From: Candidatus Poribacteria bacterium
Lineage (GTDB): Bacteria > Poribacteria > WGA-4E > PCPOR2b
Assembly (NCBI GenBank): GCA_965222805.1
Contig: CBDCUX010000005.1
Location: 444,723 to 508,722, forward strand
Reading direction: 5' to 3'
DNA length: 64,000 nt
Under the pieces are notes generated by a model, which made no database searches, had not been told where the DNA came from, and saw nothing but the letters and a program-made list of their open reading frames with translations. The stretch's first letter is position 1, and every line of letters begins with the position of its first letter. This document shows positions 56,699 through 64,000 of this stretch, piece after piece. The translations under genes and the position numbers were made by a program.

Positions 56699-57529
56699 AT
56701 GTCGAAAGAGAAATACAACCAACTCATCAATGAAGGGTTCTGCATCGTTGAAAATATCCTGAGCGATACACTACTCGACCGACTTCGGAGTGTAACAGAC
56801 CGGCTCTGCGAAAACATGACGGAGGAACACAAAAGATATTTTCGCTCTCAAGGAAGCGCGTTCAGAACTTACGAGGACCCGGTTTTTGCAGAACTGATTT
56901 CGTGGCAGCTGTCGCTTGATGCGCTGAAATCAATGGGGTTCGAGGATTCAACCTTTACCAGTGGGTATATCCTCAGCAAGCCGCCGCACAGTCCACCGCT
57001 ATTTTGGCACTATGACTGGTTTGGTTGGGCGGATCCAAGTACCTACGACCCACGACCCCAGCAAGTCTTTTTTATGTACTACCTGACCGACACCACGCCC
57101 CATAACGGTTGTCTTCGCGCGATTCCGGGGTCGCATTACAAGCACAATCCACTCCACGATTTAATCGTGGAACCACATGCCGGTGAGATTTCAGCGGCAA
57201 AGAACCTAAACCGCCCTGAATTTTCGATGCGCCCCGACGAAATTGATGTCCCGGTCAAAGCGGGTGACCTACTGATTGGTGATTCACGCTTGCTGCACGC
57301 TTCGTACGCGAACAACTCCGACGAACGCCGCACAGTCATTACACTCTGGTTCCAGCCCGATTTTTGCGATTTGCCGGAGCGTATCAAAGCACAGCTGGCT
57401 AGCAAGACACATCCTATCCCCGAAGATTGGTCCCCAGAGGCACAGGAAATGGTTCGCCGTCTGAACCCAAAATACGATGGCGACGCTGAGCCGTATGGAC
57501 GGATTTTGTATCAGCGAGAGCAGGACTAG
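56699..57529 (+). CDS. Phytanoyl-CoA dioxygenase (PhyH) family Fe(II)/2-oxoglutarate oxygenase, paralog 1
   Basis: GFCIVENILS, WHYDW (HxD region), GCLRAIPGSH and LLHASYAN are present. ATG 56699 follows GAGGAG. Confidence 0.8.
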   Translation: MSKEKYNQLINEGFCIVENILSDTLLDRLRSVTDRLCENMTEEHKRYFRSQGSAFRTYEDPVFAELISWQLSLDALKSMGFEDSTFTSGYILSKPPHSPPLFWHYDWFGWADPSTYDPRPQQVFFMYYLTDTTPHNGCLRAIPGSHYKHNPLHDLIVEPHAGEISAAKNLNRPEFSMRPDEIDVPVKAGDLLIGDSRLLHASYANNSDERRTVITLWFQPDFCDLPERIKAQLASKTHPIPEDWSPEAQEMVRRLNPKYDGDAEPYGRILYQREQD

Positions 57530-57579
57530 AAGTAAATATAAACCCCATTGTTGATTTTCCATAGAAGGAGGTTATCCGA

Positions 57580-58521
57580 ATGACACCTGAGAAGATATTG
57601 TCCCACGAACCGGAGGCACTCACTCAAGAGCAACGCCAATTCTACTTTGATAACGGATACCTGCTCGTTGAAAGCATTGTGCCGCAGGATTGGGTCGAAC
57701 GTCTGATCGACGTTACAGATGAAATGGTGCAGCGCAGCCGGTCCTTGAACAAATCTGACATGGTGTTCGACCTAGAACCGGGGCACACGGCGGACAATCC
57801 GCGCCTACGCCGCCTGACCAGTCCGGTCGAACATCACCCGACCTACTGGGAGTTTGCGTCGCAGTCAATTATCGTCGATGTGGCAGCAGATCTGGTGGGA
57901 CCGGACGTGAAGTTCCATCATTCAAAATTGAATTTCAAATGGGCAGAAGGCGGCGAGGAGGTCAAGTGGCATCAAGACATCACCTATTGGCCCCACACCA
58001 ACTATAGTCCGCTCACAATCGGCGTTTATCTTCATGATGTGGACGATGACCAGGGGCCCCTTGGTGCCATCCCTGGAAGTCATAAGGGCGAACTTTTCAA
58101 TCAATACAATGCCAGCAATCAATGGGTCGGCTGCCTCAGCGACCAAGACGCCAAAAGCATTGATACGACCAATGTCCACTATCTGAAGGGACCTGCTGGG
58201 TCTATCACGATCCACAACTGCCGTGTGATTCATGGCTCCAAACCGAACCTTTCCGACCAAGGGCGGCCCCTATTGTTGAACGTCTATTCGTCAGCCGATG
58301 CCTTCACCTATACCGCCAATCCGTTACCCAGTCGATATGAAGGCGCCATTGTCCGGGGCAAACCGGCACGCTGGGCGCATCACGATGACCGTCCGTGCCT
58401 AGTGCCTCCAGACTGGTCGGGGGGTTATACGTCGCTGTACGCATTGCAGCAGCAAGAAGAGTGGGATGAAGACCAACTGGAAACTGTTGCAAAGCAAACA
58501 GCAGAAATTCACAGAAAGTAA
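57580..58521 (+). CDS. PhyH family dioxygenase, paralog 2
   Basis: FYFDNGYLLVESIV, VKWHQDITYW, GPLGAIPGSHKG and HNCRVIHGSKPN. Confidence 0.85.
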   Translation: MTPEKILSHEPEALTQEQRQFYFDNGYLLVESIVPQDWVERLIDVTDEMVQRSRSLNKSDMVFDLEPGHTADNPRLRRLTSPVEHHPTYWEFASQSIIVDVAADLVGPDVKFHHSKLNFKWAEGGEEVKWHQDITYWPHTNYSPLTIGVYLHDVDDDQGPLGAIPGSHKGELFNQYNASNQWVGCLSDQDAKSIDTTNVHYLKGPAGSITIHNCRVIHGSKPNLSDQGRPLLLNVYSSADAFTYTANPLPSRYEGAIVRGKPARWAHHDDRPCLVPPDWSGGYTSLYALQQQEEWDEDQLETVAKQTAEIHRK

Positions 58522-58543
58522 TGAAATCGGTAAAGTGGATACC

Positions 58544-59707
58544 ATGACAACACCCACAGACACGAAAGAGATTCAGGATAAAGGTTATATCATTGTGCGC
58601 GACTGTGTGCCACCGCAGCAACTTGAGTCGCTACGGACGCATTGCGAGCAGATGCTTGAACGGCATAAGCGGTGGTGGGCGGATAATCGCAAACCGGACG
58701 AGCCTCCGGGCGGCGAGTGGGAGTCTGGTCCGCAGCCACGGGTGTTATTTGATCGAGTGACCGACCCAGAGGCGGCAGACGCAGTAGAATTCGTGTTTCA
58801 TGAGAATACATACGGAATCAGCAAGAGGGTAATGCAGGCAGAGGAAGTAGCGCCGCTGCAATTCGGCATGTTCTGCAACCCACGGGTAGATCACGGTCCC
58901 TGGGACTGGCACCGCGATATCCGGTCGTGGCGCGAGGGACCGTTGGAGGGGTTATTCACGGATTCTCTAGCGAATCCTCCGGCATATACGCAGTGGAACA
59001 TTGCACTGTATGACGATAACGTACTGTGGGCGGTTCCCGGCAGCCACAGACGTTTTAATACTGAGGCAGAAAACCGGCAGCTATTCAAAAGCGAACATGC
59101 CCCGTTGGAGAGCGGCATCCCAATCGAGTTGAAGGCAGGTGATGGCGTCGTATACCTGAACGCAATCCTTCACTGGGGCAGCAATTACAGTACGAAGCTG
59201 CGTCGGACCTTGCAGTATACCTACCGTGCTTTTGGCAACGGTATATACCCGCACGCGCACTCCTTCGTTTGGCAACCGGAGTTGATTGATAGGTTGCCAG
59301 CGCATCTGGCAGTTAAATTTGAACATTTCCTCGAACTGGAACGGGACGAACTCGCCTTGATTGAACGCATTTTCCGCACGATTATTGGATTGGACGAAGG
59401 AGGATTCCGTCAGGCGTTGGCTGAGCTACACCCGGGCATTGAAGGTCGAATGACCTGCCTCGTACTGTTGTCTAAGCGGGCGAAGAACATACGCCATCAT
59501 CCGCGCGAGCCAATGTCCGATCGCTTCACGGAGTCGGAGCGAAAACTGCTGTGGCAGCGGTTCCGCCCGTTGGATAGCGCACTCCAGACCGATTCGCCTC
59601 AACTCGTGCCCGGCTTCCAGAATAAGGAGCCAACCCCTTATATCTTCAACGAGATGCCCGCTTTCGACATCGACGACTTTGTAGCGAGTTGGACCAACCC
59701 GTGCTGA
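58544..59707 (+). CDS. PhyH-like dioxygenase, paralog 3 (divergent, longer C-terminus)
   Basis: KGYIIVRDCVP, WDWHRDI, LWAVPGSHRR and AILHWGSNY. I chose ATG 58544 rather than the track start 58466, which overlaps the upstream gene. Confidence 0.7.
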   Translation: MTTPTDTKEIQDKGYIIVRDCVPPQQLESLRTHCEQMLERHKRWWADNRKPDEPPGGEWESGPQPRVLFDRVTDPEAADAVEFVFHENTYGISKRVMQAEEVAPLQFGMFCNPRVDHGPWDWHRDIRSWREGPLEGLFTDSLANPPAYTQWNIALYDDNVLWAVPGSHRRFNTEAENRQLFKSEHAPLESGIPIELKAGDGVVYLNAILHWGSNYSTKLRRTLQYTYRAFGNGIYPHAHSFVWQPELIDRLPAHLAVKFEHFLELERDELALIERIFRTIIGLDEGGFRQALAELHPGIEGRMTCLVLLSKRAKNIRHHPREPMSDRFTESERKLLWQRFRPLDSALQTDSPQLVPGFQNKEPTPYIFNEMPAFDIDDFVASWTNPC

Positions 59708-59833
59708 TTGGAGGAGCATCTGCGGCTGAAAAGTGGAAGATATGAGAATTATTTCCGTCAAATTGGTTAAGTAAAAATTGTCAAAAAAAGCAGCTTTCAT
59801 TAAGACTAAAACCCCTAAGGAGCCATAGACACC

Positions 59834-60841
59834 ATGCCAGCAACAGAAGAAGTTCAAGCGATCGAAAAGCTAATGACGGGTAGAGACCTCATCTCGGAAC
59901 AACTCAAAAAAGTAATTGTGGGTCAAGAAGCAGCAATCGATCAGATCCTGATGGCATTCTTCGCAGGTGGTCACTGCTTGCTTGAAGGTGTACCCGGCCT
60001 TGCCAAAACCTTGATGATTAAGACACTCGCCCAAATTCTCAACCTCCAGTTTAAGCGAATTCAGTTTACGCCGGACCTGATGCCTGCCGATATTACCGGC
60101 ACAGATGTTTTGGAAGAGGAACGCTCCACCGGTCATCGAGAGATCCGTTTTATCCCAGGTCCTATATTCGCCAACATCTTGCTTGCCGATGAAATCAATC
60201 GAACCCCACCCAAAACCCAAGCTGCATTACTCGAAGCGATGCAGGAATATCATGTCACAGCGGGTGGCACTATGTATAATTTGGAACAACCGTTCTTCGT
60301 CCTTGCAACACAAAATCCGATTGAGCAGGAAGGTACGTATCCACTGCCAGAGGCACAATTAGACCGTTTCATGTTTAAGATTGTGATTGACTATCCGAGC
60401 GAGGAAGAGGAGGTCGCGATTGTTTCTTCGACGACAAGCGTTGATGAACCCGAACTAGAAATTGTACTTTCTGGCGAGGATATTATAATGCTACATCAGA
60501 TTGTCCGGAGGGTTTCAGCCGCTGATAACGTTGTGCAGTATGCAGTTAAACTAGCCCGGGCAACCCGTCCCAAAAGCAAAGATGCCCCAGATTTCATCCA
60601 GCAGTGGGTCAGGTGGGGTGCAGGTCCACGGGCGGGACAGTACCTCATCCTTGGCGCGAAAGCACGGGGAATTCTACGGGGACGTGTGAATGCATCCATA
60701 GAAGACGTTAAATCAGTGGCGAACGCTGTGCTCCGGCATCGCGTCCTTACCAATTTTCACGCCGAAGCTGAGGGCGTTGATTCCGATGCTGTAATCACCC
60801 GATTGTTGGACACAGTCCAAGAACCTGCCGTACAGATGTAG
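59834..60841 (+). CDS. MoxR-family AAA+ ATPase
   Basis: [56 protein letters not shown] and [22 protein letters not shown]. Confidence 0.9.
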   Translation: MPATEEVQAIEKLMTGRDLISEQLKKVIVGQEAAIDQILMAFFAGGHCLLEGVPGLAKTLMIKTLAQILNLQFKRIQFTPDLMPADITGTDVLEEERSTGHREIRFIPGPIFANILLADEINRTPPKTQAALLEAMQEYHVTAGGTMYNLEQPFFVLATQNPIEQEGTYPLPEAQLDRFMFKIVIDYPSEEEEVAIVSSTTSVDEPELEIVLSGEDIIMLHQIVRRVSAADNVVQYAVKLARATRPKSKDAPDFIQQWVRWGAGPRAGQYLILGAKARGILRGRVNASIEDVKSVANAVLRHRVLTNFHAEAEGVDSDAVITRLLDTVQEPAVQM

Positions 60842-60923
60842 CCGATTGTGGGAAACATTATCTGGAATATCTCGTTAATTTTGGGGCAGCATAAAAAACT
60901 TAATAAAAAATCAAGAAAAGTGC

Positions 60924-60952
60924 TTGACATTCAGCGATCCGTTTGGTATAAT
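60924..60952 (+). promoter_or_regulatory. Consensus sigma70 promoter (TTGACA-17 nt-TATAAT) upstream of rpsL
   Basis: TTGACA at 60924-60929 and TATAAT at 60947-60952, with a 17-nt spacer. Confidence 0.7.
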
Positions 60953-61075
60953 CCGTCCTTTGACGCTAACTTTGATTTCCGCCTTGAATTAGGTGGAAAA
61001 AGGGGAGGAATTTATAGTTCCAAAACACTTTGCCGTGTTTTTCACAGTTACTTCGTTATAGCGGACAACTTTGTG

Positions 61076-61101
61076 AGCCCCCATGGTGGGGCTTTATTTA
61101 T
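61076..61101 (+). terminator. Terminator/attenuator-like hairpin inside the rpsL leader
   Basis: AGCCCC(CATGGT)GGGGCT is followed by TTTATTTAT, 32 nt upstream of the rpsL ATG and about 125 nt downstream of the promoter. Confidence 0.4.
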
Positions 61102-61132
61102 GCCTGCACATCACTAGTCAGTCGAGGTCAAT

Positions 61133-61504
61133 ATGCCAACAATTAATCAGCTAGTCAGAAAATCTCGTAAAAGAACAAGCAAGAAAAGCAAATCTCCTGT
61201 CTTGGAAAGTTGCCCCCAACGGCGGGGCATCTGTTTACAGGTCAGGACAATAACACCTAAGAAACCGAATTCGGCGCTTCGCAAGGTTGCTCGTGTCCGT
61301 TTTACAAATGGTCAGGAGGCCACCTGTTATATCCCCGGCATAGATCATAACCTTCAAGAACACTCGGTTGTACTCGTGCGAGGTGGAAGAGTCAAGGATT
61401 TGCCCAACGTTAGATATCATATTGTCCGAGGTACACTTGATACAGCGGGTGTTGAGAATCGACGGCAGGCAAGGTCAAAATATGGTGCAAAGAGTGCCAG
61501 CTAG
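61133..61504 (+). CDS. rpsL: 30S ribosomal protein S12
   Basis: [11 protein letters not shown]......[30 protein letters not shown] is highly conserved S12 sequence. Confidence 0.98.
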   Translation: MPTINQLVRKSRKRTSKKSKSPVLESCPQRRGICLQVRTITPKKPNSALRKVARVRFTNGQEATCYIPGIDHNLQEHSVVLVRGGRVKDLPNVRYHIVRGTLDTAGVENRRQARSKYGAKSAS

Positions 61505-61515
61505 AGGAGGAAGGT

Positions 61516-61986
61516 ATGCCACGCCGCGCAGAGGTTGTTAAACGGGACGTACTCCCAGACCCAAAATATAACAGCAAACTGGTTGCGAAATTTATTAACT
61601 TCTTAATGGGTAATGGAAAGAAGAGTGTTGCTCGAGCAATTCTATATAATAGTATAGACATTGTTGAGAAACGCGCCGACCAAGATGGGCTTACAGCTTT
61701 CCAAGAAGCAATTAATAACGTTAAGCCGGTTCTTGAAATTCGGTCTCGGCGTGTTGGCGGTGCAACCTACCAAGTGCCAGTTGATGTCAAGGCAGAACGT
61801 CGCACAACATTGGCACTCCGCTGGATTATTCAATCTGCAAGAGAACGCGGAGAGAAAACAATGGCAGAGCGGTTAGCCGGAGAATTATTAGATGCCGCTA
61901 GGAATGACGGGGCTTCAATCCGCAGAAAACTTGATCAACACCGGATGGCGGAGGCAAACCGAGCGTTTGCACATTATCGTTGGTAA
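61516..61986 (+). CDS. rpsG: 30S ribosomal protein S7
   Basis: [35 protein letters not shown]...[11 protein letters not shown]...RR..LALRW. Confidence 0.98.
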   Translation: MPRRAEVVKRDVLPDPKYNSKLVAKFINFLMGNGKKSVARAILYNSIDIVEKRADQDGLTAFQEAINNVKPVLEIRSRRVGGATYQVPVDVKAERRTTLALRWIIQSARERGEKTMAERLAGELLDAARNDGASIRRKLDQHRMAEANRAFAHYRW

Positions 61987-62043
61987 GCTGAGCGCAGTAA
62001 AGTCCTGATTTACTAGGGCAGGAAGTTTTAGGAAATAGGAAAA

Positions 62044-64000
62044 ATGAGAGCCAAAAAACACAATCAAATGACCGCTGAACACCGGCGTTCCATAGAGCAG
62101 CGCCGATTTTCACTGACCCATACACGCAACATCGGCATCATGGCACATATTGATGCAGGCAAGACAACTGTAACTGAACGGATATTGTACTATACAGGCA
62201 AAGTGCATCGTATGGGTGAGGTCGACGATGGCACCACGACAATGGATTGGATGGCGCAGGAACAGGAACGAGGTATTACCATCACCGCTGCCGCAACAAC
62301 GTGCCAATGGGATGGATATGGAATCAACATCATCGATACCCCCGGACATATCGATTTTACGGTTGAGGTTGAAAGATCGCTGCGAATCCTTGATGGGGCT
62401 GTCGCTGTTTTCTGTGCAGTTGGCGGCGTAGAACCTCAGTCGGAAACGGTCTGGAGACAAGCAGATAAATATCAGGTGCCACGTATCGCGCTTGTCAATA
62501 AAATGGATCGAACCGGCGCAGACTTTTTCCGAACGGTCGAAATGATGGTTGAGCGACTTGGTGCCGTAGCGGTACCAATTCAACTGCCGATTGGCTCCGC
62601 CGAAAGATTTAGCGGCATCGTTGACTTGGTTTCGCTGAAAGGTCTCTCATGGGACGACTCCAGTTTCGGATCTATAGTGCTTGATACAGATATTCCAGAT
62701 GAAATGATGGGAAGTGTTCTGGAATATCGGGAACAGATGTTGGAAACAATTGCCGAATGTGACGATGACTTGTTAGCTAAATATATCGATGGAATTGAGT
62801 TGTCCGAAGAAGAGATTAAAGCGGGTTTGAGGAACGCAACGTTAAGTGGAAAAATTGTTCCCGTCTTGTGCGGCACGGCCCTCAAGAACAAAGGTGTACA
62901 GCCGTTATTAGATGCAGTGGTTGACTATCTGCCCTCCCCAATAGATGTACCGCCAGTAACTGGCTTCAACCCAGAGATGGAAAAGGAAGAAATACGCTTA
63001 GCAAACGATGATGAGCCTTTTTCTGCGTTAGCTTTCAAAATTACAACCGATCCGCACGTTGGCAAGCTGACATTCCTTCGTGTTTACTCCGGTGTTCTGG
63101 CTAAAGGGATGACCATATACAACAGCACACACCGCAAATTTGAAAGGATCGGGAGATTGATGCAGCTGCACGCAAACAAGCGTGAGGAACGTCAAGCTAT
63201 TTATGCGGGTGATATCGCCGCCATCATTGGCTTCAAATCCGTGACGACCGGCGAGACCGTTTGCGATCCGAATGCTCCAATTGTTCTGGAGTCGATGGCA
63301 TTCCCATCTCCAGTGATGTCCATCGCTATCGAGCCTCAAACAAAGTCGGACATCGAAAAGATGAACGTAGCACTATCAAAGTTGGCTGAGGAAGATCCAA
63401 CTTTTAAGGTTCATCAGGACTCAGAAACAGGACAAACACTCCTGTCCGGCATGGGAGAGTTGCATTTGGAGATAATCGTGGATCGGTTGGTTCGCGAATT
63501 TAAAGTTTCAGCCGAGATTGGCCAACCTCAAGTTTCGTATCGTGAGACTATCCAGCACTCTGCAACAGCCGACGAACGTTTTATTCGGCAATCCGGTGGG
63601 CGCGGTCAATACGGACATGTGGTTATCGAAATTTACCCCTTAGAACAAGGAGCTGGTTTTGAATTCGTCAATGACATAAAGGGAGGGGCTATTCCTCAAG
63701 AATATATATCCTCGGTCCGTAAGGGGCTTGAGGAAGGAATGACCGCCGGGATTTTAGGAAGTTATCCTCTCGTTGACTTAGGTGTGCGATTGTATGATGG
63801 TTCTTATCATGCCGTTGATTCTTCAGAGATCGCATTTTCGAACGCCGCTCGGATTGCCTTCAAAGAGGCAGTGAAACGCGCAAGTCCGACGCTGCTTGAA
63901 CCAATCATGGAGATCGAAGTTATTGCTCCGGAAGACTATTTGGGAAAGGTAATGGGGGATTTAAATGCGCGTCGCGCACAAATTCTCCAGACGGATATGC
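62044..64000 (+). CDS. fusA: Elongation factor G (partial; the 3' end lies outside the window); not listed in the supplied ORF track
   Basis: Translating from ATG 62044 gives ...[65 protein letters not shown]...[25 protein letters not shown]. The frame stays open to position 64000. An alternative start is ATG 62068. Confidence 0.95.
   Translation, partial: MRAKKHNQMTAEHRRSIEQRRFSLTHTRNIGIMAHIDAGKTTVTERILYYTGKVHRMGEVDDGTTTMDWMAQEQERGITITAAATTCQWDGYGINIIDTPGHIDFTVEVERSLRILDGAVAVFCAVGGVEPQSETVWRQADKYQVPRIALVNKMDRTGADFFRTVEMMVERLGAVAVPIQLPIGSAERFSGIVDLVSLKGLSWDDSSFGSIVLDTDIPDEMMGSVLEYREQMLETIAECDDDLLAKYIDGIELSEEEIKAGLRNATLSGKIVPVLCGTALKNKGVQPLLDAVVDYLPSPIDVPPVTGFNPEMEKEEIRLANDDEPFSALAFKITTDPHVGKLTFLRVYSGVLAKGMTIYNSTHRKFERIGRLMQLHANKREERQAIYAGDIAAIIGFKSVTTGETVCDPNAPIVLESMAFPSPVMSIAIEPQTKSDIEKMNVALSKLAEEDPTFKVHQDSETGQTLLSGMGELHLEIIVDRLVREFKVSAEIGQPQVSYRETIQHSATADERFIRQSGGRGQYGHVVIEIYPLEQGAGFEFVNDIKGGAIPQEYISSVRKGLEEGMTAGILGSYPLVDLGVRLYDGSYHAVDSSEIAFSNAARIAFKEAVKRASPTLLEPIMEIEVIAPEDYLGKVMGDLNARRAQILQTDM

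Noticed and set aside
60848-61117. An 89-aa ORF lies between moxR and rpsL.
   Set aside because: It spans a consensus promoter and the leader hairpins, has no RBS and has an odd composition. The region is more plausibly non-coding leader.

Overview
This 64 kb bacterial window is about 50% GC. It most likely comes from an uncultured or metagenome-assembled organism; an FCB/PVC-like or sponge-symbiont-type lineage is only a guess from gene content. Housekeeping and catabolic genes alternate with heavily degraded accessory DNA.

Conserved genes:
- Left end: the 3' end of an RND efflux pump, an ACC-deaminase-family enzyme, a YkoF/MTH1187-like protein, rarA and small enzymes.
- 25.5-29.6 kb: a lactone/sugar-acid style operon.
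- 35.3-45.7 kb: CocE/NonD hydrolase, hydantoinase A, macro domain, MetE-like protein, MFS transporter, GMC oxidoreductase, a hotdog-fold protein and BKACE.
- 55-60.8 kb: a beta-propeller hydrolase-like protein, three consecutive PhyH dioxygenases and MoxR.
- Right end: rpsL-rpsG-fusA. fusA runs off the window and is missing from the ORF track.

Accessory content:
1. A REP-associated tyrosine transposase (RAYT) sits between two REP hairpin arrays.
2. A decayed defence island lies at about 6.7-13.5 kb. It holds a TIR gene with an out-of-frame start, an N-terminal stub of a type IIG restriction-methylase-like gene, and a PHP + SMC/ABC ATPase gene (Ppl/TrlF-like). The ATPase gene is broken by a frameshift and by a cleanly delimited IS5-family insertion. 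An apparently intact pair follows: a membrane protein plus a nucleoside 2-deoxyribosyltransferase.
3. A four-gene minus-strand operon encodes an ECF sigma factor, a TonB-dependent-receptor-like protein, an anti-sigma factor and a tandem-caspase outer-membrane protein.
4. There are four IS elements, a MITE that shares its termini with a neighbouring IS, and several dispersed hairpin repeat families.
5. A 674-codon ORF of unknown function is split in frame by an IS with a 6-bp target duplication.
6. A decayed integrative element carries a HEPN-like frameshifted gene, serine recombinase remnants and tandem secreted paralogs.
7. A 1379-aa protein combines cytochrome-c motifs, LRRs, cohesin, dockerin and a sorting domain.

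Best candidates for something undescribed:
- the caspase operon;
- the membrane protein + NDT pair;
- the IS-split 674-aa ORF.

All family assignments come from motif recognition by eye. No searches were run.
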